Shown: positions 19,410-29,507 of the stretch, piece after piece
How positions within the stretch are numbered: position 1 is the first letter of the stretch
Layout of the letters: the number at the start of each line of letters is the position of its first letter
From: Flavobacteriales bacterium
GTDB taxonomy: Bacteria > Bacteroidota > Bacteroidia > Flavobacteriales > BACL11
DNA: 64,000 nt
Assembly: GCA_018645865.1 (NCBI GenBank)
Contig: JABGVU010000038.1
Span: 392 to 64,391, forward strand
Direction of reading: 5' to 3'
The notes under the pieces: generated by a model
What the model was told of the DNA's origin: nothing
The model's input: the letters and a program-made list of their open reading frames with translations, nothing else
Databases searched by the model: none
Made by a program: the position numbers and the translations under genes

Positions 19410-20802
19410 TCCAAATCAGAAAACCATAAAAAATAACGCTACTTTATCAGGATTTGGAATTCATACAGGCGTCCATACCAATTTAACATTTGTGCCAGCC
19501 AAAGCAAATACTGGAATCCGTTTCATAAGGACTGATTTAGAAGGAAAACCAACCGTCCCTGCTACTGTAGATTATGTTTTTTCAACCAATAGAAGTACAA
19601 ATTTAAAGTTTAAAAATTTTGAAATACATACTGTTGAACATGTACTTGCTGCCATTGTAGCTGCAGGAATTGATAATATTATAATTGAAGTTGATAATAT
19701 AGAAATTCCAATTCTTGATGGGAGTTCAATACAATTTTCTGAATTAATATCAGAAGTAGGTATTCAAGAATTAACAGAGAGAGGAAAATTCTTTGAAATA
19801 AAAAGAAAAATTAATTTTACGGACCCTGAAAGTGGAACTGTATTCACAGCAACACCTGCTGACAACTACCAAATTGAAGTAGAAATTGATTACAACTCTA
19901 CTGTTTTAGGAGTGCAAACCGCTACACTTGAGGACTTATCAGAATTTAAAGAAAATATTGCATCATCCCGTACATTTTGTTTTTTACATGAGTTAGAGCA
20001 ATTATTAGAAAACGACCTTATAAAAGGTGGTGATATAAATAATGCAATTGTTATTGTAGAAGAAGAAATTTCAAATGAAAAACTAAATTCACTTGCTAAA
20101 GTGTTTAATAAAACAGGCATAAAAGTTGGGAAAGAAGGAGTGCTCAATAATTTAAAGCTAAGACATAAAAACGAACCTGCACGACACAAATTACTTGATG
20201 TAATTGGTGACTTATCTCTTTTAGGATTACCTATTAAAGGTAAGATTATCGCTTCAAAACCAGGACATAAAAACAATATAAAATTTACAAAATATTTAAA
20301 AAATATAATGATGGAGAATAATAAAAAAATGCCGCCAGAAATTGATTTCAATACACCACCTCTATACGATAAAAAGAAAATAATGTCAATTTTACCCCAT
20401 AGAGATCCCTTCTTATTCATTGATGAGATAAGAGATCTAGGAAGAGATTTTATCATTGGAACTAAATTTGTTACTAGTGATGAAGAATATTTCAAAGGAC
20501 ATTTTCCTGGTGAACCAGTAATGCCTGGCGTTTTGCAATTAGAAACTATGGCGCAAGCAGGTGGTGTCTTGATACTAAGTACCGTTGATAACCCTGAAAA
20601 TTATTTAACTTTCTTCATGAAAATAGATAATGCTAAGTTCAAACAAAAAGTAATTCCTGGAAACACTATCATTTTCAGATTAAATCTAATTTCACCTATT
20701 AGAAGAGGTCTTTGCCATATGCATGGTAAAGGATTTGTTAATGGACAAATTGTTGTTGAAGCTGATTTATTAGCACAGATAGTATCTAAAAATAAACTAT
20801 GA
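19402..20802 (+). CDS. lpxC/fabZ: bifunctional UDP-3-O-acyl-GlcNAc deacetylase / 3-hydroxyacyl-ACP dehydratase (LpxC-FabZ fusion)
   Basis: 466 aa. N-terminal LpxC ([19 protein letters not shown]) plus C-terminal FabZ hot-dog domain ([27 protein letters not shown]). Confidence 0.9.
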   Translation: MINPNQKTIKNNATLSGFGIHTGVHTNLTFVPAKANTGIRFIRTDLEGKPTVPATVDYVFSTNRSTNLKFKNFEIHTVEHVLAAIVAAGIDNIIIEVDNIEIPILDGSSIQFSELISEVGIQELTERGKFFEIKRKINFTDPESGTVFTATPADNYQIEVEIDYNSTVLGVQTATLEDLSEFKENIASSRTFCFLHELEQLLENDLIKGGDINNAIVIVEEEISNEKLNSLAKVFNKTGIKVGKEGVLNNLKLRHKNEPARHKLLDVIGDLSLLGLPIKGKIIASKPGHKNNIKFTKYLKNIMMENNKKMPPEIDFNTPPLYDKKKIMSILPHRDPFLFIDEIRDLGRDFIIGTKFVTSDEEYFKGHFPGEPVMPGVLQLETMAQAGGVLILSTVDNPENYLTFFMKIDNAKFKQKVIPGNTIIFRLNLISPIRRGLCHMHGKGFVNGQIVVEADLLAQIVSKNKL

Positions 20803-21581
20803 TACAGCCACTTTCATATGTACACCCTAATGCTAAAATTGCCGACAATGTTGTAATTGATCCTTTTGTTACTATTGGGAAAAATGTTGAAATTGGAAAA
20901 GGAACTTGGATAGGTTCCAATGTAAGCATTATGGAAGGAGCGAGAATTGGAGAAGATTGCAGGATTTTTCCTGGAGCAGTTATTGCAGGAATACCTCAAG
21001 ATTTAAAATTTGAAGGTGAAGAATCAATCGCTATTATAGGAAATAATACTACAGTAAGAGAATGTGCTACAATAAATAGAGGAACATCCATAACAGGAAA
21101 AACTATTATTGGAAAAAACTGCTTAATTATGGCTTATGCGCATATTGCACACGACTGTAATATTGGTAATAACTGTATCATTGTAAATAGTGTAGCAATT
21201 GGTGGTCATGTAACTATAGGTGAATATGCTATTATTGGAGGGCTCTCGGCTGTACACCAATTTGTAAATATTGGTAAACACGCTATGGTTTCTGGTGGTT
21301 CATTAGTACGTAAAGATGTGCCCCCTTTTGTAAAAGCAGCTCGTGAACCGCTTTCATTTGTAGGCATTAACTCTATCGGATTAAGAAGAAGAGGTTTCTC
21401 AAGTGAAAAAATACAAGAAATACAAGATATATTCCGAATATTATATCAAAATAATAATAATAATACACAAGCATTATTAAGAATTGAAACCGAAATAAAT
21501 GCTTCTTCTGAGCGTGATGAAATTATTTCATTTACTCAAAATTCAGGAAGAGGAATTATGAAAGGTTATAATCAAAAATAA
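20799..21581 (+). CDS. lpxA: acyl-ACP--UDP-GlcNAc O-acyltransferase
   Basis: 260 aa with hexapeptide repeats and a C-terminal helical domain. Overlaps the lpxC/fabZ stop by 4 nt. Confidence 0.9.
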   Translation: MIQPLSYVHPNAKIADNVVIDPFVTIGKNVEIGKGTWIGSNVSIMEGARIGEDCRIFPGAVIAGIPQDLKFEGEESIAIIGNNTTVRECATINRGTSITGKTIIGKNCLIMAYAHIAHDCNIGNNCIIVNSVAIGGHVTIGEYAIIGGLSAVHQFVNIGKHAMVSGGSLVRKDVPPFVKAAREPLSFVGINSIGLRRRGFSSEKIQEIQDIFRILYQNNNNNTQALLRIETEINASSERDEIISFTQNSGRGIMKGYNQK

Positions 21582-21586
21582 AGAAA

Positions 21587-22153
21587 ATGGCCACTACAGC
21601 AGATATTAGAAACGGACTATGTATTAATCACAATGGAGAGCCTTGGAAAATTGAATCCTTTCAGCATGTTAAACCAGGTAAAGGACCTGCATTTATACGA
21701 ACTAAAATCAGAAATTTAAATACAGGTAGGCTTTTAGATAATACCTTTACTTCTGGTTTTAAAATTGATGTTATTCGAATAGAAAATAGAAAATATCAGT
21801 TCCTTTATTTTGAAGGAAATGATTGCCATTTAATGAACAATAATGACTATGAGCAAATTATGTTAGCTAAGGATTTTATTGACAATGTTCAATTCCTAAA
21901 AGAAGGTGGAAATATAGAAGTTCTATTTCATGCAGATGAAGGAATACCTTTATCAGCAAGACTTCCATCACATGTAGAATTGAAAATTACACATACTGAG
22001 CCTGGAATGAAAGGAAATACGGCAACCAATACCTTTAAGCCTGCAACTACTGAAACAGGGGCAAGTATTAATGTTCCTCTGTTTATTAATGAAGGTGATA
22101 AAATAAAAATTGACACCGAAAAAGGAGCATACATAGAAAGAGTAAAGCAATAG
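21587..22153 (+). CDS. efp: elongation factor P
   Basis: 188 aa. [16 protein letters not shown] motif and three-domain length. Confidence 0.95.
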   Translation: MATTADIRNGLCINHNGEPWKIESFQHVKPGKGPAFIRTKIRNLNTGRLLDNTFTSGFKIDVIRIENRKYQFLYFEGNDCHLMNNNDYEQIMLAKDFIDNVQFLKEGGNIEVLFHADEGIPLSARLPSHVELKITHTEPGMKGNTATNTFKPATTETGASINVPLFINEGDKIKIDTEKGAYIERVKQ

Positions 22154-22161
22154 ATAACAAT

Positions 22162-23226
22162 ATGAAAAAACATAATTTTTCTGCAGGACCTTGCATCTTA
22201 CCACAAGAAGTTTTAAAACAAGCTTCAGATGCAATACTTAATTTCAATAATGATAATTTATCATTAATTGAAATTTCACACAGAAGCAAACCTTTTGTTG
22301 CTGTAATGAGTAAGGCTATTGATCTGGTAAAACAACTTTTAAGTGTTCCTAAAGGTTATTCAGTTTTATTTTTACAAGGAGGAGCAAGTATGGAGTTTTT
22401 AATGGTTCCTTTAAACTTAATGAGAATTAATGGGAAAGCAGTTTATACCAATACTGGAGTCTGGGCTAAAAAAGCAATTGCTGAAGCAAAAAGATTAGGT
22501 GAGGTAATTGTTGTAGGCGATTCATCAGACACAAACTACAGTTATATTCCAAAAGGATATGAAATCCCTAGTGATGCAGATTACTTTCACTGTACATCAA
22601 ACAATACTATTTACGGTACACAAATGAAGGAATTTCCCACATCTCCTACTCTTATGGTTTGTGATATGAGTTCAGATATTTTTAGTAGAACGGTTAATGT
22701 GAGTGAATTTGATATTATTTATGCTGGGGCACAAAAAAATATGGGTCCAGCTGGAACAACCTTAGTTATTGTAAAAAATGAGGTTTTAGGTAAAACAGGC
22801 AGAAATATTCCAACTATGTTGGATTATAATACGCACATCAGTAAGGGTAGTATGTTCAACACACCTCCAGTATTCCCTATTTATGTATCAATGCTTACTT
22901 TACAATGGTTAAAGGATTTCGGAGGGGTTGAGGCTATAGAAAAAGTAAATCAGAAAAAAGCAGATTTATTATATGGAGAGATTGATAGAAACCCATTATT
23001 TAAAGGAACTGCTGCAAAGGAAGACCGTTCAAATATGAATGTTTGTTTTTTGTTAAACGATAGCAGTAAAGAAGATGCATTTAACACTTTGTGGAATGCA
23101 GCAGGAATAAGTGGTATTAAAGGGCACAGGTCAGTTGGAGGATATAGAGCCTCCATTTACAATGCAATGCCAATAGAAAGTGTACAAGTATTAGTAAAAA
23201 TAATGAAAACATTAGAACAAAATTAA
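22162..23226 (+). CDS. serC: phosphoserine aminotransferase
   Basis: 354 aa. [14 protein letters not shown]-terminus, [14 protein letters not shown]-lysine region, [12 protein letters not shown]. Confidence 0.9.
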   Translation: MKKHNFSAGPCILPQEVLKQASDAILNFNNDNLSLIEISHRSKPFVAVMSKAIDLVKQLLSVPKGYSVLFLQGGASMEFLMVPLNLMRINGKAVYTNTGVWAKKAIAEAKRLGEVIVVGDSSDTNYSYIPKGYEIPSDADYFHCTSNNTIYGTQMKEFPTSPTLMVCDMSSDIFSRTVNVSEFDIIYAGAQKNMGPAGTTLVIVKNEVLGKTGRNIPTMLDYNTHISKGSMFNTPPVFPIYVSMLTLQWLKDFGGVEAIEKVNQKKADLLYGEIDRNPLFKGTAAKEDRSNMNVCFLLNDSSKEDAFNTLWNAAGISGIKGHRSVGGYRASIYNAMPIESVQVLVKIMKTLEQN

Positions 23227-23227
23227 G

Positions 23228-24187
23228 ATGATTAAGATATTAGCAAATGATGGAATCTCACAAGCTGGGATTGATTCTTTAACAGAAAAAGGATTTCATA
23301 TTGTAACAAAACATGTCACTCAAGGTGATTTAATAAATGTTATAAATACTGAGAACTATGAAGTGCTTTTAATAAGAAGCGCTACTACTGTTCGTAAGGA
23401 TTTAATTGATGCTTGCCCACATCTAAAAATAGTAGGAAGAGGTGGTGTAGGAATGGATAATATTGATGTTGATTATGCCAGAGAGAATGGAATTAATGTA
23501 ATTAATACGCCTGCTGCTTCATCCTCTTCAGTGGCTGAACTTGTTTTTGCTCATCTTTTTGGAATGGTTCGTTTCCTTTTTGATAGCAATCGTAAAATGC
23601 CAATGGTTGGTGATACTGACTTTAAAAATTTAAAAAAATCATATGTTAACGGAAGAGAACTAGCAGGAAAAACTGTAGGAATTATCGGTTTTGGTCGTAT
23701 AGGTCAGGAAGTTGCAAAAAGAGCAATAGGCCTTGGAATGAAAGTAATTGCTCATGATAAATTTATTGAGGAGGCAAACATAACTTTAGACTTTTTTAAT
23801 GGAGATAAAAAATCATTCACCATTGAAACTGAAAGTTTAAAAGAAGTACTGAAAAATTCTGATTTCGTTACTTTACATGTTCCAAAAACTGATGACAAAG
23901 CTGTAATTGGTGTAGAAGAAATAGGAATGATGAAAACAGGGGCTGGAATTGTTAATGCTGCTAGAGGTGGCGTTATAGATGAAACAGCATTAATGTTTGC
24001 TTTAGACAAAGAAAAACTAGCTTATGCTGGACTTGATGTTTTTGATAATGAACCTACTCCAAGCATACATATTTGCATGCATAATGCAATTTCGCTTACT
24101 CCTCATATTGGTGCAGCAACACTAGAAGCACAAGATAGAATTGGAACTGAATTAGCAAATCAAATTGCAACTCATTTTAATAAATAA
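23228..24187 (+). CDS. serA: D-3-phosphoglycerate dehydrogenase (short form without ACT domain)
   Basis: 319 aa 2-hydroxyacid dehydrogenase (GIIGFGRIGQEVA, HIGAAT) directly after serC. Confidence 0.8.
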   Translation: MIKILANDGISQAGIDSLTEKGFHIVTKHVTQGDLINVINTENYEVLLIRSATTVRKDLIDACPHLKIVGRGGVGMDNIDVDYARENGINVINTPAASSSSVAELVFAHLFGMVRFLFDSNRKMPMVGDTDFKNLKKSYVNGRELAGKTVGIIGFGRIGQEVAKRAIGLGMKVIAHDKFIEEANITLDFFNGDKKSFTIETESLKEVLKNSDFVTLHVPKTDDKAVIGVEEIGMMKTGAGIVNAARGGVIDETALMFALDKEKLAYAGLDVFDNEPTPSIHICMHNAISLTPHIGAATLEAQDRIGTELANQIATHFNK

Positions 24188-24189
24188 AA

Positions 24190-25404
24190 ATGGTAATCGT
24201 TCGCCCTTTTAAAGCAATTCGCCCAACAAGAGACAAGGCTCACCTAATAGCAACACGCTCCTACTTATCTTATTCTGACGAAACTTTAAAAGAGAAATTA
24301 GAACATAATCCATTTACCTTTTTACACATTATTCAACCTGATTACAAAAATAAAATAAAGAAAAAAGGAATCGAGAGATTTAAAGATGTAAAAGAAAAAT
24401 TTAATAATTTTCAAGAAGCTGGATTATTAATAACTGAAGAGACGGAAACCTTCTATATTTATCAGCAAACAAATGATAATCAATTTTTTGAAGGTATTAT
24501 TGGAGCTACAGCAGTTGCCGATTATTTAAGTGGGAATATAAAAAAACACGAACACACCATTACCGCAAGGGAAGATCTTTTTAAAAACTACTTGGATACA
24601 ACAGGTTTTAATGCAGAACCTGTTTTATTGTTTCATCAAAAAAATATAGCTATTACTACTCTTATTCAAAATTACAAAGAAACTAGAGCTGAGTACGAGT
24701 TTACAACAACTGATAAAACAATCCATAAATTATGGCTGGTGAATAATACTGATGATGTCAATACCATTAAAGAATCATTTACCACTATTAAAAATTTATA
24801 TATTGCTGATGGGCATCACAGAATTGCTTCCTCTTCCCTTTTAGCTCAAAATAGCAACAAAGCAAACAGCCAATATTTTATGAGTTTTTTAATTGCTGAA
24901 AGTCAATTAAACATCATAAATTTTAACCGATTAATAAAACACACTAACGGATTAACTTCTTACGAACTTATTGATGAAATTAAAAAATCATTTACTGTTG
25001 TAAAAAAAGGAAGTATACCTTATTCTCCTACATTAAAAGATGAAGTCTCTATGTATCTAGCGGGGTATTGGTATTCCTTATTAGCAATACCAAAAAATGT
25101 AACGCAAGATTGTGTCAGTAAATTAGATCCAGTACTATTATCAGATAATATATTAGCACCAATACTCAATATTACTGATGAAAGAACTGATAAAAATATA
25201 TCTTTTGAATCAGGTAGCACTCCCCTTTCAATAATTAAAAATAAAATAGATTTTGGAGAATATGTATTAGCTTTTATTTTAAAACCTATATCAATTAGCG
25301 CATTAAAGGAGGTGGCTGATAATAAAAAATTTATGCCTCCAAAAAGCACTTATATTGAACCTAAATTACGTTCTGGCTTAATTATTTATCCTTTAGAAGA
25401 ATGA
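24190..25404 (+). CDS. DUF1015-family protein (unknown function)
   Basis: 404 aa. N-terminus VRPFKAIRP, and IADGHHR, PPKSTYIEPK motifs that I associate with DUF1015. Coupled to serA (2-nt gap) and yggS (4-nt overlap). Confidence 0.7.
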   Translation: MVIVRPFKAIRPTRDKAHLIATRSYLSYSDETLKEKLEHNPFTFLHIIQPDYKNKIKKKGIERFKDVKEKFNNFQEAGLLITEETETFYIYQQTNDNQFFEGIIGATAVADYLSGNIKKHEHTITAREDLFKNYLDTTGFNAEPVLLFHQKNIAITTLIQNYKETRAEYEFTTTDKTIHKLWLVNNTDDVNTIKESFTTIKNLYIADGHHRIASSSLLAQNSNKANSQYFMSFLIAESQLNIINFNRLIKHTNGLTSYELIDEIKKSFTVVKKGSIPYSPTLKDEVSMYLAGYWYSLLAIPKNVTQDCVSKLDPVLLSDNILAPILNITDERTDKNISFESGSTPLSIIKNKIDFGEYVLAFILKPISISALKEVADNKKFMPPKSTYIEPKLRSGLIIYPLEE

Positions 25405-26042
25405 GTATTGCGAATAACCTTAATGTTGTACTAAGCTCACTTACTAAAGAAGTAACTTTAGTAGCAGTATCAAAAACAATACTCAATTCATCTTTATTAG
25501 AAGCATATCATGCAGGACAAAAGGTATTTGGTGAAAACAAAGTGCAAGAATTAGTGCAAAAAGCTAAAGATTTGCCTAAAGATATTATTTGGCATATGAT
25601 TGGGCATTTGCAAACAAATAAAGTGAAATTGATAGCTCCTTTTGTATCCTTAATTCATGGTGTCGATTCAATTAAATTATTGAAAGAAATTAATAAACGA
25701 GCAGAACAGAATAATAGAGTAATTGACTGCCTTTTGCAAGTACATATTGCAACAGAAAAAACAAAATTCGGTTTTGATATAACTGAGGTAGAACAAGCAA
25801 TAACTATTGCTAAAGAATTCCCAAATATAAAAATTGTTGGGCTAATGGGAATGGCCACTTTTACAGATAACAAGCAGCAAGTAATACAAGAATTTAACAG
25901 CCTTAAAATTTTATTTGAAACCGTAAAAAATAAAGACATCACTATCCTATCAATGGGAATGAGTGCAGATTATCAATTAGCAATTGATAAAGGAAGCACT
26001 ATGGTTAGAGTAGGAAGTGCTATATTTGAGCACAGAAATTAA
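25401..26042 (+). CDS. yggS: YggS-family pyridoxal-phosphate homeostasis protein
   Basis: 213 aa. LVAVSKT PLP-lysine motif, HMIGHLQTNK, SMGMSADY. Confidence 0.85.
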   Translation: MSIANNLNVVLSSLTKEVTLVAVSKTILNSSLLEAYHAGQKVFGENKVQELVQKAKDLPKDIIWHMIGHLQTNKVKLIAPFVSLIHGVDSIKLLKEINKRAEQNNRVIDCLLQVHIATEKTKFGFDITEVEQAITIAKEFPNIKIVGLMGMATFTDNKQQVIQEFNSLKILFETVKNKDITILSMGMSADYQLAIDKGSTMVRVGSAIFEHRN

Positions 26043-26047
26043 AAAGA

Positions 26048-26425
26048 ATGAATAAAATAATCAATACTCCTAATGCACCTGAAGCTATTGGTCCTTACAG
26101 CCAAGCTATACTTAGCGGTAATACGCTTTATTGTTCAGGGCAAATAGCAATAAATCCTGTTACAGGAAACTTAGTAATAGATAATATAACTGCAGAAACT
26201 AATCAAGTAATGAAAAATATTTTAGCTGTATTAAAAGGAGCACAGATGAATTTTGAGAATGTAGTGAAATGCTCAATTTTTATGAAAGATATGAATGATT
26301 ATACAGCAATTAATAAAGAATATGCCAAAAGTTTTCTAAAAAATCATCCAGCACGTGAGGCGGTACAAGTTTCAGTATTACCTAAAAATGTAAATGTTGA
26401 AATTTCAATAATAGCTGTAAAATAG
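26048..26425 (+). CDS. ridA: RidA-family reactive enamine/imine deaminase
   Basis: 125 aa. APEAIGPYSQA and PAREAVQV motifs. Confidence 0.85.
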   Translation: MNKIINTPNAPEAIGPYSQAILSGNTLYCSGQIAINPVTGNLVIDNITAETNQVMKNILAVLKGAQMNFENVVKCSIFMKDMNDYTAINKEYAKSFLKNHPAREAVQVSVLPKNVNVEISIIAVK

Positions 26426-27369
26426 TGGAACTTGCTCAACAAATAATTGAAGGGAATCGAACGGCTTTAGGGCAAGGGATTACTCTATTAGAAAGCACTT
26501 TGCCTGAGCATGAACAAAAATCCCAAGAATTATTAAAATTATGTTTACCACAAAGTGGGGAATCAATACGAGTTGGAGTGACGGGTGTACCTGGAGTAGG
26601 AAAAAGCACCTTTATTGAAGCCTTTGGAAAACTAATAACTGGTCAAGGGAAAAAAATAGCTGTACTGGCCATTGACCCAACAAGTGAAAGAACGCATGGA
26701 AGTATTTTAGGAGATAAAAGTCGTATGCATGAACTAGCAGCTGATGAAAATGCTTTTATTCGCCCAAGCCCAAGTAGTGGAGTTTTAGGTGGAGTGGCTA
26801 ATAAAACCAGAGAAAGTATTATTTTGTGTGAAGCGGCAGGTTTCGACATTATTCTAATAGAAACAGTTGGTGTTGGGCAAAGCGAAACTACTGTAAGCAA
26901 TTTGGTAGATTTTTTTTTACTACTCATGTTAGCAGGCGCTGGTGATGAACTACAAGGCATTAAAAGAGGGATAATGGAATTGGCTGACGCTCTAATAATT
27001 ACGAAATCTGATGGAGACAATAGCATAAAGGCCAAAAATTCAGCTATGGAATATAAGAGAGCTTTACATTTTTTTCCTGAAAAAAAAAATGGTTGGATTC
27101 CTCAAGTTAGTACTTGTTCTGCATTAGATAAAACAGGGCTGGATACCATTTGGAAATTGATTGAAAAACACAATAATCAAATGCAAGCAAATTCATATTT
27201 TATAGATAATAGAAATAAACAAAATAATTATTGGTTACATCATATTATAAAACACGAATTAGGAAATAAGAAGTACCAACAATTAATAGCCGATAATAGT
27301 TTAACTGACTTAGAACAAAATCTTGAAAAGGGCAGTTCTATTTATGAAGTTTTAAAGAAGATAGTTTAA
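26425..27369 (+). CDS. meaB: methylmalonyl-CoA mutase-associated GTPase MeaB/ArgK
   Basis: 314 aa. P-loop GVPGVGKST, ETVGVGQSE, ITKSDGD (NKxD-like). The GTG start overlaps the ridA stop by 1 nt. Confidence 0.85.
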   Translation: MELAQQIIEGNRTALGQGITLLESTLPEHEQKSQELLKLCLPQSGESIRVGVTGVPGVGKSTFIEAFGKLITGQGKKIAVLAIDPTSERTHGSILGDKSRMHELAADENAFIRPSPSSGVLGGVANKTRESIILCEAAGFDIILIETVGVGQSETTVSNLVDFFLLLMLAGAGDELQGIKRGIMELADALIITKSDGDNSIKAKNSAMEYKRALHFFPEKKNGWIPQVSTCSALDKTGLDTIWKLIEKHNNQMQANSYFIDNRNKQNNYWLHHIIKHELGNKKYQQLIADNSLTDLEQNLEKGSSIYEVLKKIV

Positions 27370-27456
27370 TGCTAAGCTGATACTTGATTTTTAATAATTT
27401 CAGAAACTCTAATTTGTAGTTGTAATTATACAAGATAACAACAATTTCATTCTGAA

Positions 27457-28269
27457 TTAAGTTATTGCTTTCCTAATCTTTACCAACTTAGTAAGTAAAT
27501 CTTCCAACTTATTTAATTGTAACATATTAGCTCCATCTGATTTTGCTTCACTAGGTTTTGGGTGCGATTCCAAAAATATACCATCTACACCAATAGCAAT
27601 TCCTGCTTTTGCAATTGTTTCAATTAATGCTGGTTTTCCACCAGTTATTCCATTATTTTGATTGGGTTGCTGCAAAGAATGTGTGACATCTAGCACAACT
27701 GGCACACCAAATTCCTGCATAATAGGGATACCCCTGAAGTCAACTACCATATCTTGATAGCCAAACATGGTTCCTCTATCGGTAAGAATAACTGAATTGT
27801 TTCCACTTTCCTTTATTTTGGTTACGGCATATTCCATACTTTCAGGAGCTAAAAATTGACCCTTCTTTATATTAACTACTTTTCCTGTTTTTGCTGCAGC
27901 TACTAATAAATCAGTTTGTCTGCATAAAAAAGCAGGAATCTGTAATACATCAACATATGCGGCTGCAATAGCAGCTTCTTCAGTCGTGTGTATATCCGTT
28001 ATAGTAGGAATGTTAAAGCGCTCACCAACTTTCTTTAGAATTTCAAGTGCTTCCATATCCCCTATGCCTGTAAAAGAATCTAAGCGACTTCTATTCGCTT
28101 TTCGATAACTTCCTTTAAAAATGAAAGGAATTTTAAGCTTGTTGGTTATTGTCTTTATTTTCTCAGCAATTTCCATAGCCATTGCCTCACTTTCAATAGC
28201 ACAAGGCCCTGCCATCAAAAAGAAGTTTCCACTTTTTTGGTGCTGAATTTTATTGATTTCCGATAACAT
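27457..28269 (-). CDS. kdsA: 3-deoxy-8-phosphooctulonate (KDO-8-P) synthase
   Basis: 270 aa. GPCAIES, FKGSYRKANRS, LDVTHSLQ motifs. Confidence 0.92.
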   Translation of the reverse strand: MLSEINKIQHQKSGNFFLMAGPCAIESEAMAMEIAEKIKTITNKLKIPFIFKGSYRKANRSRLDSFTGIGDMEALEILKKVGERFNIPTITDIHTTEEAAIAAAYVDVLQIPAFLCRQTDLLVAAAKTGKVVNIKKGQFLAPESMEYAVTKIKESGNNSVILTDRGTMFGYQDMVVDFRGIPIMQEFGVPVVLDVTHSLQQPNQNNGITGGKPALIETIAKAGIAIGVDGIFLESHPKPSEAKSDGANMLQLNKLEDLLTKLVKIRKAIT

Positions 28270-28271
28270 AA

Positions 28272-29507
28272 TTAAAAGTTTAATTTTATTTTTAAATAAA
28301 CACTTACTGCTGTTGCTTTATCACCATTTAGCAAATCCTCCAAATGATGAGTACCTAGTATGAGTTTGTGTTTTTTTCCTTTGGACATTGCTAAGCCAAC
28401 ATTAAAATCAGGACTATAGCCACCATAAGATAGATTCGGAATTAAGTTCATGTGTTGAATTTTTACCGCTGATTGCAAATAGTACAAAGGGCTAAAGTTT
28501 GACTGCTGAAACCCTTGCTCAATTTTAGCAAATGATAATGGCTCATTATCCATGTAAGGCTGCCATTTTGCAACAATTCCTAAAGTGTAGGTTTTAAAAT
28601 ATTCATATTCTATTTTTCCTGAAACGGACATATGAAAAGTAGCTGGAATATAGGATTTGAAAGATGTATTGATAGTTCTAAGTATATCATCTTTTATATT
28701 ATTTGCATCCAGTACCGAATCGTTAAAAGAGAAAATATCTTCTACCTCAATTCCTTGAAAATTAAAGTTGCTATCAGTAGCCAAATTGATAGAAGATGTA
28801 TTCCATATAATAAAACCTAAATCAGTAATGGATAAATGTATTTCAGATTCTTTAATAATAAAATTTGTACTAAAATCTATTGCTAGCCCATTACCATTGT
28901 GGACAAATGCTGAAAGATTGGAAGTGTCCGTAACAAAGACGTTCATATCGTACTCAATATCCAAAGAAGTTCCAAATGGAGCAGTATACAAACTTCCTTT
29001 TTCTATGATGTAGGAAAGATGATGATTTCCTGCTAAATAGGAAATTGCCCCCTGAATATTCACCTTATTAATAACTGTACCATAACTGAGTTTGTATTGC
29101 TGAAATCGGTCAGCCCTTATATTGGTATTATTAAAACACAGGGTTTCATCTTGATAATTGTAGTTGCCTTCAAAGCCAATACGTAATACATCATCCGTAA
29201 ATCTAGCATTTAATAGATTTCTGTCTGCAAAAATAAAACCAATACTTTGCTTTTTAAAATAATAGGTATAGCTTAATCCATTACTTATTTCTGAATGGAT
29301 AATGTTGTTCTTGCCCCCTGCATTAATCCATGTAATTTTCATTTCATCACTAATATATCCATCATAAAGCATAGTGTTTAAGAAACTTTTATCTAGCCCA
29401 TTACTTTCAAAAAGGAAGTTTGAATTCCATTCTGTAGTATGATTATTTTTTTTTTCTTGAGCAAATAAAAACAGGGGAGTACAGAATATGAGAAGTAGTT
29501 TTCTCAT
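28272..29507 (-). CDS. hypothetical outer-membrane beta-barrel protein
   Basis: 411 aa with signal peptide (LFLFAQ), alternating amphipathic strands and a C-terminal aromatic residue (...KIKLNF). Its start overlaps the upstream gene stop by 1 nt, and its stop is 2 nt from the kdsA start. Confidence 0.55.
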   Translation of the reverse strand: MRKLLLIFCTPLFLFAQEKKNNHTTEWNSNFLFESNGLDKSFLNTMLYDGYISDEMKITWINAGGKNNIIHSEISNGLSYTYYFKKQSIGFIFADRNLLNARFTDDVLRIGFEGNYNYQDETLCFNNTNIRADRFQQYKLSYGTVINKVNIQGAISYLAGNHHLSYIIEKGSLYTAPFGTSLDIEYDMNVFVTDTSNLSAFVHNGNGLAIDFSTNFIIKESEIHLSITDLGFIIWNTSSINLATDSNFNFQGIEVEDIFSFNDSVLDANNIKDDILRTINTSFKSYIPATFHMSVSGKIEYEYFKTYTLGIVAKWQPYMDNEPLSFAKIEQGFQQSNFSPLYYLQSAVKIQHMNLIPNLSYGGYSPDFNVGLAMSKGKKHKLILGTHHLEDLLNGDKATAVSVYLKIKLNF

